From NCBI GenBank assembly GCA_032718475.1, contig JAUCBJ010001017.1, positions 1-42,412 on the forward strand: 42,412 nt of DNA, in the 5' to 3' direction. This DNA is from Nemertoderma westbladi. Its lineage: Eukaryota; Animalia; Xenacoelomorpha. The notes beneath the pieces were generated by a model. That model was not told the DNA's origin. It worked only from the letters and a program-made list of their open reading frames with translations, and did not search any database. A program made the position numbers and the translations under genes. Position 1 is the stretch's first letter; each line of letters opens with the position of its first letter. Positions 33,872 to 42,412 of this stretch are shown one piece after another.

Positions 33872-36800
33872 ATGCTGGGTTCTGTTCCCAAACCAAGGGG
33901 TCGCCAAGCTGCCGCACGTAAACGCATAAAACTAACGGACCCTAAATCGGGAGCTTTTGCGAATGGTGGGCAAAAGGATGTATTGGAAAACGATAGCCAC
34001 CAACGAATGGATCATCCCGAAATCTGCAATAAAGGAGAAACTAGAATAACTGCAAATAATACTGGTGAACTGAACATGACAGAAATTCTAGCCACCAATC
34101 CATCTCTAGAATTAAAGCTGTCAGACACAGGAAAACTTACGGTAACAGGAAGGAGAAGTCTTTCTCTCAGTTCTGCACGAAATGCGAATAGGCCTACCGA
34201 CAACAACTCCTCGACCTCGACTAAACCCCGGAAGGTTTCTCTTGATTCGTTGTTCTCTGTACGACCCACCAATACTGGTACCGACAACTCGTCGACTTCA
34301 ACTAAACCCCGGAAGGTTTCTCTCGGTTCATCGGTCTCTGTTGTACGACCCATCAATACCGGTACCGACAACTCGTTGACTTCGACTAAACCCCAGAAGG
34401 TTTCTCTCGGTTCGTCGTCCTCTGTACGAACTACCAATGCTGATACCGACATCTCGTCGACTTTGACTAAACCCCGGAAGGTTTCTCTTGGTTCGTCGTC
34501 CTCTGTACGACCCTCCAATAGCGGTAGCGGTGCCGACAACTCGTCGACTTCGAATAAACCCCGGAAGGTTACTCCCAGTTCGTCGTCCTCTGTACGACCC
34601 GCTAATACTAGTACCGACAACTCGTCGACTTCATCCAAACCCCTGAAGGTTTCCGTTGGTTCGTCGTCCTCTGTACGACCCACCAATACCGGTGCCAACA
34701 ACTCGTCGACTTCGACTAAACCCCGGAAGGTTACTCCCGGTTCGTCGTCCTCTGTACGAACTACCAATGCCGATACCGACATCTCGTCGACTTTGACTAA
34801 ACCCCGGAAGGTTTCTCTTGGTTCGTCGTCCTCTGTACGACCCTCCAATAGCGGTAGCGGTGCCGACAACTCGTCGACTTCGAATAAACCCCGGAAGGTT
34901 ACTCCCGATTCATCGTCCTCTGTACGACCCGCTAATACTAGTACCGACAACTCATCGACTTCATCCAAACCCCTGAAGGTTTCCGTTGGTTCGTCGTCCT
35001 CTGTACGACCCACCAATACCGGTGCCAACAACTCGTCGACTTCGACTAAACCCCGGAAGGTTTCTCTCGATTCGTTGTCCTCTGTGTGGTCGACCATCAC
35101 CAGTGCCGACAACTCTTCGAATTCGTCTAAACCCCGGAATGTTTCTCTCGGTTCAACATTGACTGTACCAACCGCGAATCCAAATAATTCCGAGGTCAAT
35201 CCTAGTGTCCGGCACTCATCCAGGGCGCATTTTCTGGTTGAAGACCTCCAGGAGAACGGTACATGGAAACATAGATCTCTAACCAATCATGCCGTTAACA
35301 ATCCCTTTAATAATGATCATTGTGTTAATACCGTCATGACTGATAATAATAGTATTAATTATATAGTATCTACTAATGAGCATAATAGCATGTATAACAA
35401 TTCGGTTGATGAAGGCTCACAAAGTAATAACGCCACCGGGTGCATGTCTTTTAATGTATCTTCCCTAGAGGAGCATAGTACAAGTGCAATTTTTGATTGT
35501 GTATGTAACAGTCCGACAGTGCGCCCGTCATCAACCCCAGGCGCTAGTAATAATAATATTTGTAATTTAGAGACCAATAACAAATATTTCATGTCTGGAT
35601 CCAGTAATGCTGCTAACTGTTCAGTCCCTGGAGCCGACTTTACTGTGACCAATGGTGATACTTTTGGGCCTGAACCCAGTAATGTCATTGTCCCTGGAAC
35701 TGGTCTTTTTGATAACCCAGGGTCCAACGATGCTTTTTTGGTGTCTACAGCTAGTAATGCTGGCATTTATTCAACCCCTGGCGCCAGTAATAATAATATC
35801 GGTAGTTCAGTGACCAACAATGGAATATTTGCCTCCGAAACCAGTAATGTTGGTAATTTTTCGACCCCTTGTGGAAGTAATATTGGTAATTCAGTGATCA
35901 ATAATGAAATATTTGCATCTGAAACCAGTAATACTCCGCCACATAAACACAGTTCCAAGGGAGAATCTACTCCAGTTTCTCCAGGTACAGAGGCAGTTTG
36001 GATTCGGAGTGTGCCACATAAACCGGATTTCAAGGGAGAATCTACTCGAGTTTCTCCTGAGGTGGTTGGGAGTCAGCCACACAAAACCGGACCCGAGGGA
36101 GGATCTACTCCATTTTCTCCTCCTGAAGCAGTTTCGAGTTCGACACATAAACCCGGTTGCAAGGGAGGATTTACTCCAGTTTCTCCCGACACGGTTCGGA
36201 GTCAAGGTACTGTCCCCAACACTAACAGTCACATAGATAAAGAAATCAAATCAACATACCAACAACTGATTACCAAGTTCTTCAACCCAAGGAATACAAC
36301 TATAACAAACGATTCAGAAGAAGCAAGTGTTAAGACCAATACCTGTAGCGATGAGAACGAAGTTGAGTTTGTTGGCATAGAAGTATATCCTGATTGCTCA
36401 CAAAAAACTGAGGAACAGACCATTGGAGAAATAATAGATTACCTATATAATCTCAATCCAAAGGAAAGACCAGGGCCAATTGTGACAACAAATCAAGAAA
36501 GATATACATATCTGAAACCAGAAACTTGGATTACAAACTGCATAGTAGACAGCTTTATGTACCTGATAGAATCACACCATGACCACACAATCGCTGCCAT
36601 TTCCAGCATGTGTACTGAGAAGATGCAACGTGATAATTATGATAAATATAGCACAATTAAGTATATAGCTCCAAAATATCTCGGGAAACTATGTAGGTCA
36701 AGATCCAACAGACAAGTATTGCCACGACCTACGCTAATGTTCTTCCCCGAATTAAGAAACTCACATTTTATTCTTCATGTCGCTGACACAAACAACAAGG

Positions 36801-37006
36801 AAGTGTATTCTATTGATTCACTCCAACACTCTAACAATAAACCAACGGAAACCACAAAGAGAATATCACATCTACTAACCCTAATTGACAACTGTGCACC
36901 AATGAGTGAATTTAAAACCTACAAGCAGAATAAATGGAAGTTGATCACAGGCCCACCTTCGAAAAGCAGGACAATACATACGATTGTGGAATCTACGTAT
37001 GTCTAG
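33872..37006 (+). CDS. ORF1a: long Ser/Thr/Asn-rich repetitive region plus N-terminal part of a Ulp1/C48 cysteine protease
   Basis: LKPETWITNCIVDSFMYLI resembles the Ulp1 L...WLND.II..Y motif. FFPELRNSHFILHVAD...VYSIDSL supplies His (36764) and Asp (36815). Confidence 0.8.
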   Translation: MLGSVPKPRGRQAAARKRIKLTDPKSGAFANGGQKDVLENDSHQRMDHPEICNKGETRITANNTGELNMTEILATNPSLELKLSDTGKLTVTGRRSLSLSSARNANRPTDNNSSTSTKPRKVSLDSLFSVRPTNTGTDNSSTSTKPRKVSLGSSVSVVRPINTGTDNSLTSTKPQKVSLGSSSSVRTTNADTDISSTLTKPRKVSLGSSSSVRPSNSGSGADNSSTSNKPRKVTPSSSSSVRPANTSTDNSSTSSKPLKVSVGSSSSVRPTNTGANNSSTSTKPRKVTPGSSSSVRTTNADTDISSTLTKPRKVSLGSSSSVRPSNSGSGADNSSTSNKPRKVTPDSSSSVRPANTSTDNSSTSSKPLKVSVGSSSSVRPTNTGANNSSTSTKPRKVSLDSLSSVWSTITSADNSSNSSKPRNVSLGSTLTVPTANPNNSEVNPSVRHSSRAHFLVEDLQENGTWKHRSLTNHAVNNPFNNDHCVNTVMTDNNSINYIVSTNEHNSMYNNSVDEGSQSNNATGCMSFNVSSLEEHSTSAIFDCVCNSPTVRPSSTPGASNNNICNLETNNKYFMSGSSNAANCSVPGADFTVTNGDTFGPEPSNVIVPGTGLFDNPGSNDAFLVSTASNAGIYSTPGASNNNIGSSVTNNGIFASETSNVGNFSTPCGSNIGNSVINNEIFASETSNTPPHKHSSKGESTPVSPGTEAVWIRSVPHKPDFKGESTRVSPEVVGSQPHKTGPEGGSTPFSPPEAVSSSTHKPGCKGGFTPVSPDTVRSQGTVPNTNSHIDKEIKSTYQQLITKFFNPRNTTITNDSEEASVKTNTCSDENEVEFVGIEVYPDCSQKTEEQTIGEIIDYLYNLNPKERPGPIVTTNQERYTYLKPETWITNCIVDSFMYLIESHHDHTIAAISSMCTEKMQRDNYDKYSTIKYIAPKYLGKLCRSRSNRQVLPRPTLMFFPELRNSHFILHVADTNNKEVYSIDSLQHSNNKPTETTKRISHLLTLIDNCAPMSEFKTYKQNKWKLITGPPSKSRTIHTIVESTYV
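34197..35165 (+). repeat. Coding tandem repeat, 12 units of 81/84/87 bp with a 330-bp higher-order duplication
   Basis: Unit starts at 34197, 34281, 34365, 34446, 34533, 34614, 34695, 34776, 34863, 34944, 35025 and 35106. Peptide consensus DNSSTSTKPRKVSLGSSSSVRPTNTG. Confidence 0.93.
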
Positions 37007-38574
37007 CTTCACTTGCAATAGCACAACATGAAAGGCAACTACCCCAGATACACAAGCACAGTAATCTGGCTAGGAAATGGATTTCGGAATGTCTTGATAG
37101 TATTAAGTTAGTATCAACGGAATATGTTACAGTTAAAACATATGAACTAACAACAAATCAATTCAAAGACAACCACAAAGAGAGTGACACGGAAAGCAGT
37201 GTTGATTTTCAAACATCAGAACAATTTATTGAATTTATCAAACAGAATAAGATGATACAAAACCCCAGAGATACATTTGCCAAAAAATTAACAGAACTTG
37301 GAACTGCAAGACTTACTTATTTGCAGAAGATGTTGTTCGACGATGTAAATGAAAAGATTGTTGGTAAACAATCAGGAATATCCATAACAATGATCAAACG
37401 TAGAAGTATTGACGAATTGGCTTCTGACGTCGCAGAATTTGCAATCGTATATGAAAGTAAGTCCCTAACAAATGCTTTCCGTAAACGGGTGAACGTTGGG
37501 TCAGTTTATTCGTTCGGGATCCTGCGATTATTAGAGCTTGTCACTGATCTACAACTCCAAATGAAAACAATGCAACATGAACATCAAAAACTACAAACGA
37601 AGCTGGACACCCTAGAGAAAAACGATGAAAAAGACAAAGATCGAAACTCTCAAGAAACTCTACATATTCATAGTAATACTAATCCTACATCTGAAGTTCC
37701 CAGAAAATCAACAGCAGGAAACAAGAAGCAGACAAAAAGTGGAAATAAAAAACGACATGAACAGATAAATCATCATACTAACAAAGCCAAAGTCCCAGGT
37801 ATACTAATATCAGAACAAGTAGAAAAATTGGAACTTAAGCATAAAACCGAGTCACCAAAGCCAAACATTTTCAAATCGGCGAAAGAAAAACTAGTTCAGA
37901 ACCAAAACATATACGAGTGTAGTCCAAATTGTGATATGAATATGAACCGACATAAGGATATGAACCGACAACAGTCCCCTGCAATAGAAAAACCAGCATC
38001 AGTTGAAGCCATAATAGATGATAAACATACATGGCAAGTCCCAAAGAAAACTGGACCACCCAGCCCAGGTATCCCAAAAACACACCAAGAAACAAAATGT
38101 CGAAATAGATTTGAGTGTCTGGACCAAGAATCTCTAATTGCTACTCTCATTCAGAAACAGTCCCAGTTCATAGAGAAGATGGAGAAAATTGCAAATAACT
38201 TAGAAGGAAAGCTCAAGTACAACAAACCCCTGAAGTCTTCCCAAGACAAAGAAACAATCATCATCTCGGGCCTTCCCCCAAATATCTCAGCAGAGACACT
38301 GGGAAATATATGCTTTAAACAAACAGGCGCCTACCCTACAAATTGCTTAATCGCAAAGGATACTAAAAAGGCAGAAAGTACTGCTCACATTGATGTACAA
38401 AAGGAGGAAGTTGCAACCTATCTCTATTACAATATGTGGCCATGGAAGAATTTACAGATTGAAGTATTGCACTCAGTTAAAGATACAAACAAATTTGCTC
38501 AAAATTCTTCCGACACTATTAATCCAATGAAGCACAACTTACCAGTGCAGGGAATTAACAGAACATGTTTATAG
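36934..38574 (+). CDS. ORF1b: C-terminal part of the Ulp1 protease fused to LINE ORF1 coiled coil and RRM-like domain
   Basis: KQDNTYDCGIYVC supplies Gln (36967) and Cys (36985). Then heptads LVTDLQLQMKTMQHEHQKLQTKLDTLE, a WQV...NRFECL motif, and IIISGLPPNISAETL...AHIDV...MWPWKNLQI resembling the ORF1 RRM. Confidence 0.8.
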   Translation: MEVDHRPTFEKQDNTYDCGIYVCLASLAIAQHERQLPQIHKHSNLARKWISECLDSIKLVSTEYVTVKTYELTTNQFKDNHKESDTESSVDFQTSEQFIEFIKQNKMIQNPRDTFAKKLTELGTARLTYLQKMLFDDVNEKIVGKQSGISITMIKRRSIDELASDVAEFAIVYESKSLTNAFRKRVNVGSVYSFGILRLLELVTDLQLQMKTMQHEHQKLQTKLDTLEKNDEKDKDRNSQETLHIHSNTNPTSEVPRKSTAGNKKQTKSGNKKRHEQINHHTNKAKVPGILISEQVEKLELKHKTESPKPNIFKSAKEKLVQNQNIYECSPNCDMNMNRHKDMNRQQSPAIEKPASVEAIIDDKHTWQVPKKTGPPSPGIPKTHQETKCRNRFECLDQESLIATLIQKQSQFIEKMEKIANNLEGKLKYNKPLKSSQDKETIIISGLPPNISAETLGNICFKQTGAYPTNCLIAKDTKKAESTAHIDVQKEEVATYLYYNMWPWKNLQIEVLHSVKDTNKFAQNSSDTINPMKHNLPVQGINRTCL

Positions 38575-38602
38575 CAGAACAAATTCTCAGAAATCACAGG
38601 AA

Positions 38603-38938
38603 ATGCACAATTATACTAGACAGAACAATAAAGACAGACTAAATCTTAATCAATTAGGAGTCAATTCCACCACTTCTACAATCCCAACATGTGGAACCAC
38701 AAGTAATTCAAGGTATAGCTACCTGCACCAGTATTACATGAATCCCATGCTGAAGAATTCACACATGCTGGAAAGAAACAAACTGACAACCTTCCCAAGA
38801 AGGCCACCACTACTACCAACTCCAACAACTTACAGCTCACCTGGCACTTTACCAGCACGGAGACCACATCATATATTCTACAGTAGTTCTGGAAATGGAA
38901 CGAGACAACAACACGAAGGCAGGAACTATTGTTTTTAA
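38603..38938 (+). CDS. Short Pro/Thr-rich ORF between ORF1 and ORF2 (probable frameshifted ORF1 tail)
   Basis: Its frame is open from 38531, overlaps the ORF1b end and the ORF2 start, and is the same frame as ORF1a. Confidence 0.4.
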   Translation: MHNYTRQNNKDRLNLNQLGVNSTTSTIPTCGTTSNSRYSYLHQYYMNPMLKNSHMLERNKLTTFPRRPPLLPTPTTYSSPGTLPARRPHHIFYSSSGNGTRQQHEGRNYCF

Positions 38939-41900
38939 GATAACTGGTACAAAAGAAATATACTTAGAAACTGAGACGAGAACATCAAAAAACCTTAATG
39001 TCTTAACTTACAACTGTACAGGATATAAAAACAACCTAGAATATATACATTCTCTGATAACTGAAACAAATCCAACTATTCTAGCTCTTCAAGAGCAATG
39101 GCTTAGTCCACGTGAAGCACGGTTTTACTTCAGCAATGAAAATATACCAAATGGATACACCTGCTATTACACAGTAGCAAGCGAAATGTTAGAAGCAAAA
39201 AAACGGGTTAGGGGAGAGGGTGGGGTAGCACTTCTTATTGATAAAGATGTCAGTAGCTTCTGCTCACAGATAGACACGGGATCTGATAGAATTCTTGGAA
39301 TCTCTATAAAGAAACTATATCAAAAAGAAATCACTGTTCTAGCTGTATATCTGCCATCAAATGGTGGAAATATATACGACAGAGAGAAATATCTTGCCTC
39401 CATAGCCACCTTAGCATCAATCATTAAAGATTACAACAATTCATCAGACATCCTGATAATCGGCGACATAAATTGTAATCCATCTCTAATCAAGCAAACT
39501 CGACACCCACAAAAGAAAACAGATACATTCCGAGACATATTCTCAAGTACTATACTTAGCGAGTGCAATCTTGATCTCATAGACACCCAGCATGAGAATC
39601 AAAGTTTATCAACATACCAATTCCACGATAAAAGAGGGAACGTCATGAGATCATCAAGAATTGATCATATTGTGTCATCCGCTGGTCTAACCTGCTTTGT
39701 TGATTCCTACAGGGTTATAAACAGAAGTACCTTAAACAAATCACATCATCTTCCTGTTTGCTGTGCGTTTTCTGTACCTATAACCAGAAAAGGAAATAGA
39801 GGCGAACAAAACCATGAAGAACTCTGGAAAAGGAGGAAAAAAGTAAGGTTTTTATTCAACAGAGCCACAGAGCAACAAGTTAACAACTACAAAAAAGAAG
39901 TCACAGAGAACATTAAAACACTGGAAAAACGACTTACAGAGAACAAGTCCATAGAAAGCACTTTAGAGAAAGCGACCTCTCAACTTATTTCAACAGTATA
40001 CAAAAGTGCCACCAAATACATCCCCTTGATTCGACCTAAACGGCACATAATGAAACAGTGCAGAAGAAGAACTACCCTTAAAGACCCTGCAGATACATAT
40101 TGTAAGTTACACAACACAACAGAATTGTCTGCAGTTCAGAAACTTGAGTATCTCCAAGCTAGATCACAATTAGAACACAGTGAATATGTTCACCACATCA
40201 CTGAATTATTATCTTCCAGTAAATATAATAAAACTAAATTCTGGCGGAGCATTAAGAAAGAACAAAAGAAAGATGTTCCTGTATCAAACGCTGATGATTT
40301 ATTTATGCATTATAAATCATTTTTCAATGGGAACAATACTGAAGATGAATGGACTGCAAGTGATACCACTCATGAATCTGCAGCAAACGACACAAAAATT
40401 AATATCACGCCAGGCCAAATCAAGGAGGCAGTTAAAAGTTTGCACAGAAATAAGGCAGCCGACGCGCATAGTCTTACCTCAGAACATCTGATATATGGTG
40501 ACTCAGAAGAATTATATAATTTTCTTGCAGTCCTATATAACTCCATGAACAAGTCACACCACATGCCTACAACTTTATGTTTAACTCTCATTCTTCCCCA
40601 CCTCAAACCAGGAAATAGAGATATACATACCAACGAGAATTACCGTGCTATCTCGGTGATGCCAATATTAACTAAAATATGGGAGATCCTAATAGTGAAT
40701 GAAATAAAAAAGATCAGACTTAGTGATCTTCAAATGGGCTACAGAAGTGGACAAAGCACAGAGTTGCCATACATCCTAGCAAACAGATTAACAAAACATT
40801 TCAATTCCCATGGATCAAACGTGTATATTATATCCCTAGACCTTTCATCAGCTTTTGACACTGTATCTTACAAGACCCTCTTCGACAAATTGGAGAACAC
40901 CAACATCGACAAATCAATCCTTCTAACTTTAGCATCTTATTACTACCAGTCAAAAGCATTTATAGCCCTGAATAACATTATATCCAGACAATCTATTGTG
41001 TTAAAGCAGGGAGTACGCCAGGGAGGGATCATCTCTGCATTCCTCTTTAATTTTTACATGCGAGACCTAGTCGAAGAACTCGAACTATCCGGGAAAGGAC
41101 TGCACTTAAATAAAATATCATTTCCAATGCTGGCATATGCGGATGATTTAATTATTATGGCTAACCTCAAAAACGACGCACAGTTCTTGCTAACTACTTG
41201 TGAAAGTTATTTCAAAAAGCACAACCTGAGATTAAATTTGAGAAAAACATGGTTTGTCACAAGCTACACGAAACTTGAGATCCCATCTGGAATGATTCCA
41301 CGTAAAGATGAACAAGTGTACTTGGAGAGTGGCACTGCTATCATTCAATCGAATTTTATTTCTTTCTTGGGTCTTCCTCTACCAGCAGAAAACTGGAAGT
41401 TAAGAGACCATTACACCAAGCGCATATGGGGAAATCTGCACCAATTACAGAAGAATGGGTTTGGAGCTGACAGTGTTCCATTTGATATTACTAGACTAAT
41501 ATGGAATACGGTCTGCTTACCATCAGCACTTTATGGATGTGCTTGCATTCCAAGTAACATTATAGAAGATATTAAAATAACCTGGTATAAAGCACTGAGA
41601 AGCATACTATCTGTCAAAAACTATGTATCCAACCAAACAATAGATAGTACATTCCTCATTCCAAATTTCGAATTTCTTCTAAAGTCAGCAAGTCTTCGCT
41701 CTAATTACAGCGCATTCAATTCTAATACCAAGGGGATCTATCTCTCTTATTACTTCCTTTCTCACCACATAGCGGGAATATCGAAAGATTTAATGCTACA
41801 AGATTACAGCAGATACGCATTTCAACTTGGAATTCCATCGCTAGAAGCGCTCTCAATTAATCAATACAAAATTAAACAGATCATTTATCAGAAAATACAG

Positions 41901-42050
41901 GAAGGAAAACACGACTTAATTAACACACGTTTCAGCATTCACTTTGACGCACTATATATGCAGGTAGTTTTAAATAAACCCAAGTATAATTTCAACGTAA
42001 AACATGACGTGTTAGTTGAATATTTTCAACCCAGGTTGCAAATAGTTTAG
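38895..42050 (+). CDS. ORF2: apurinic-like endonuclease plus reverse transcriptase (1051 aa, uninterrupted)
   Basis: APE motifs: TYNCTG, LQEQWL, GGVALL, VYLP, IGDIN, RIDHI, SHHLPV. RT motifs: NYRAIS, QMGYRSGQST, LDLSSAFDTV, GVRQGGIIS, YADDL, LNLRKT, FLG. Confidence 0.95.
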   Translation: MERDNNTKAGTIVFKITGTKEIYLETETRTSKNLNVLTYNCTGYKNNLEYIHSLITETNPTILALQEQWLSPREARFYFSNENIPNGYTCYYTVASEMLEAKKRVRGEGGVALLIDKDVSSFCSQIDTGSDRILGISIKKLYQKEITVLAVYLPSNGGNIYDREKYLASIATLASIIKDYNNSSDILIIGDINCNPSLIKQTRHPQKKTDTFRDIFSSTILSECNLDLIDTQHENQSLSTYQFHDKRGNVMRSSRIDHIVSSAGLTCFVDSYRVINRSTLNKSHHLPVCCAFSVPITRKGNRGEQNHEELWKRRKKVRFLFNRATEQQVNNYKKEVTENIKTLEKRLTENKSIESTLEKATSQLISTVYKSATKYIPLIRPKRHIMKQCRRRTTLKDPADTYCKLHNTTELSAVQKLEYLQARSQLEHSEYVHHITELLSSSKYNKTKFWRSIKKEQKKDVPVSNADDLFMHYKSFFNGNNTEDEWTASDTTHESAANDTKINITPGQIKEAVKSLHRNKAADAHSLTSEHLIYGDSEELYNFLAVLYNSMNKSHHMPTTLCLTLILPHLKPGNRDIHTNENYRAISVMPILTKIWEILIVNEIKKIRLSDLQMGYRSGQSTELPYILANRLTKHFNSHGSNVYIISLDLSSAFDTVSYKTLFDKLENTNIDKSILLTLASYYYQSKAFIALNNIISRQSIVLKQGVRQGGIISAFLFNFYMRDLVEELELSGKGLHLNKISFPMLAYADDLIIMANLKNDAQFLLTTCESYFKKHNLRLNLRKTWFVTSYTKLEIPSGMIPRKDEQVYLESGTAIIQSNFISFLGLPLPAENWKLRDHYTKRIWGNLHQLQKNGFGADSVPFDITRLIWNTVCLPSALYGCACIPSNIIEDIKITWYKALRSILSVKNYVSNQTIDSTFLIPNFEFLLKSASLRSNYSAFNSNTKGIYLSYYFLSHHIAGISKDLMLQDYSRYAFQLGIPSLEALSINQYKIKQIIYQKIQEGKHDLINTRFSIHFDALYMQVVLNKPKYNFNVKHDVLVEYFQPRLQIV

Positions 42051-42115
42051 AAGCAACACATACACTGGTGTGGTACTTAGGAAAAACAATAATAGATTGT
42101 TTAGAATTCCGACCA

Positions 42116-42219
42116 CGATCTTGGGACAAAAAATAATATATATTATATTCTGCAACCCTAAATATTTTAACGATCTTGGGACAAAATATATATTATATTG
42201 TGCAACCCTAAATATTTTA
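42116..42219 (+). repeat. Tandem duplication (~50-55 bp) in the LINE 3' UTR
   Basis: cgatcttgggacaaaa...tatatattatatt.tgcaaccctaaatatttta occurs at 42116 and 42171. Confidence 0.85.
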
Positions 42220-42412
42220 TTCTATCGATAGAGCAAAGTATGTATAGTATAATATTCTGCTGTTTTATGTGTTTTGCAATATTTTATCGTCTATATATAC
42301 CGGTCATGTTTTGTAATATTTATAGTACCGGTCATGTGACGTTTTATATATTTGGTTTTAACATTTTAATTCAATTAAAGCCACCGGGGCCAAATCCGGG
42401 AATGAAATGAAT

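Larger units (their letters stand above)
33872..42412 (+). mobile_element. Large APE-type non-LTR retrotransposon (RTEX/CR1-group-like) with Ulp1-protease-bearing ORF1 region
   Basis: Contiguous co-oriented ORFs (Ulp1 plus coiled-coil/RRM, then APE-RT), an A-rich sense strand from ~36230, and a 3' UTR ending in gaatgaaatgaat at the window edge. True termini and TSD are not visible. Confidence 0.85.

Noticed and set aside
34012-35286. 424-aa antisense ORF
   Set aside because: It mirrors the in-frame tandem repeat of ORF1a and has no independent domain signal.
36908-36920. TTTAAAA as a -1 slippery site joining ORF1a and ORF1b
   Set aside because: It is in the wrong phase (GAA TTT AAA), and a shifted ribosome would stop at TAA 36931.
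36820-36966. An intron repairing the Ulp1 frameshift
   Set aside because: I found no GT-AG pair of plausible length and correct phase between the Asp and Gln codons.

Overview
AT-rich, repeat-dense genomic DNA from an invertebrate animal (not prokaryotic; species not determinable). Host genes: two intronless, co-oriented transmembrane adenylyl cyclase type 9-like paralogues (5221-8505, 25073-28471) with near-identical 3' ends, a type-II-membrane mucin-stalk fibrinogen-related (FReD) gene (~11326-12271), and a stop-interrupted FReD paralogue (18861-19382). The intergenic DNA is a mosaic of RTE, CRE, L2/Crack-type and BEL/Pao relics, MITEs, hairpins, a 20 x 30-bp tandem array and an unclassified ~2-kb repeat in two inverted copies. 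The most unusual object is an ~8.5-kb non-LTR retrotransposon (33872 to window end). It has an uninterrupted APE-endonuclease/RT ORF2. Its very long ORF1 region carries a Ulp1/SENP-type (C48) SUMO-protease domain with all catalytic residues, whose C-terminal part is in frame with a coiled-coil/RRM ORF1. The protease is split by a one-base frameshift, and a Helentron-type (HINE-like) inverted-repeat element abuts the 5' end. All calls are from reading the sequence by eye; no searches were run.
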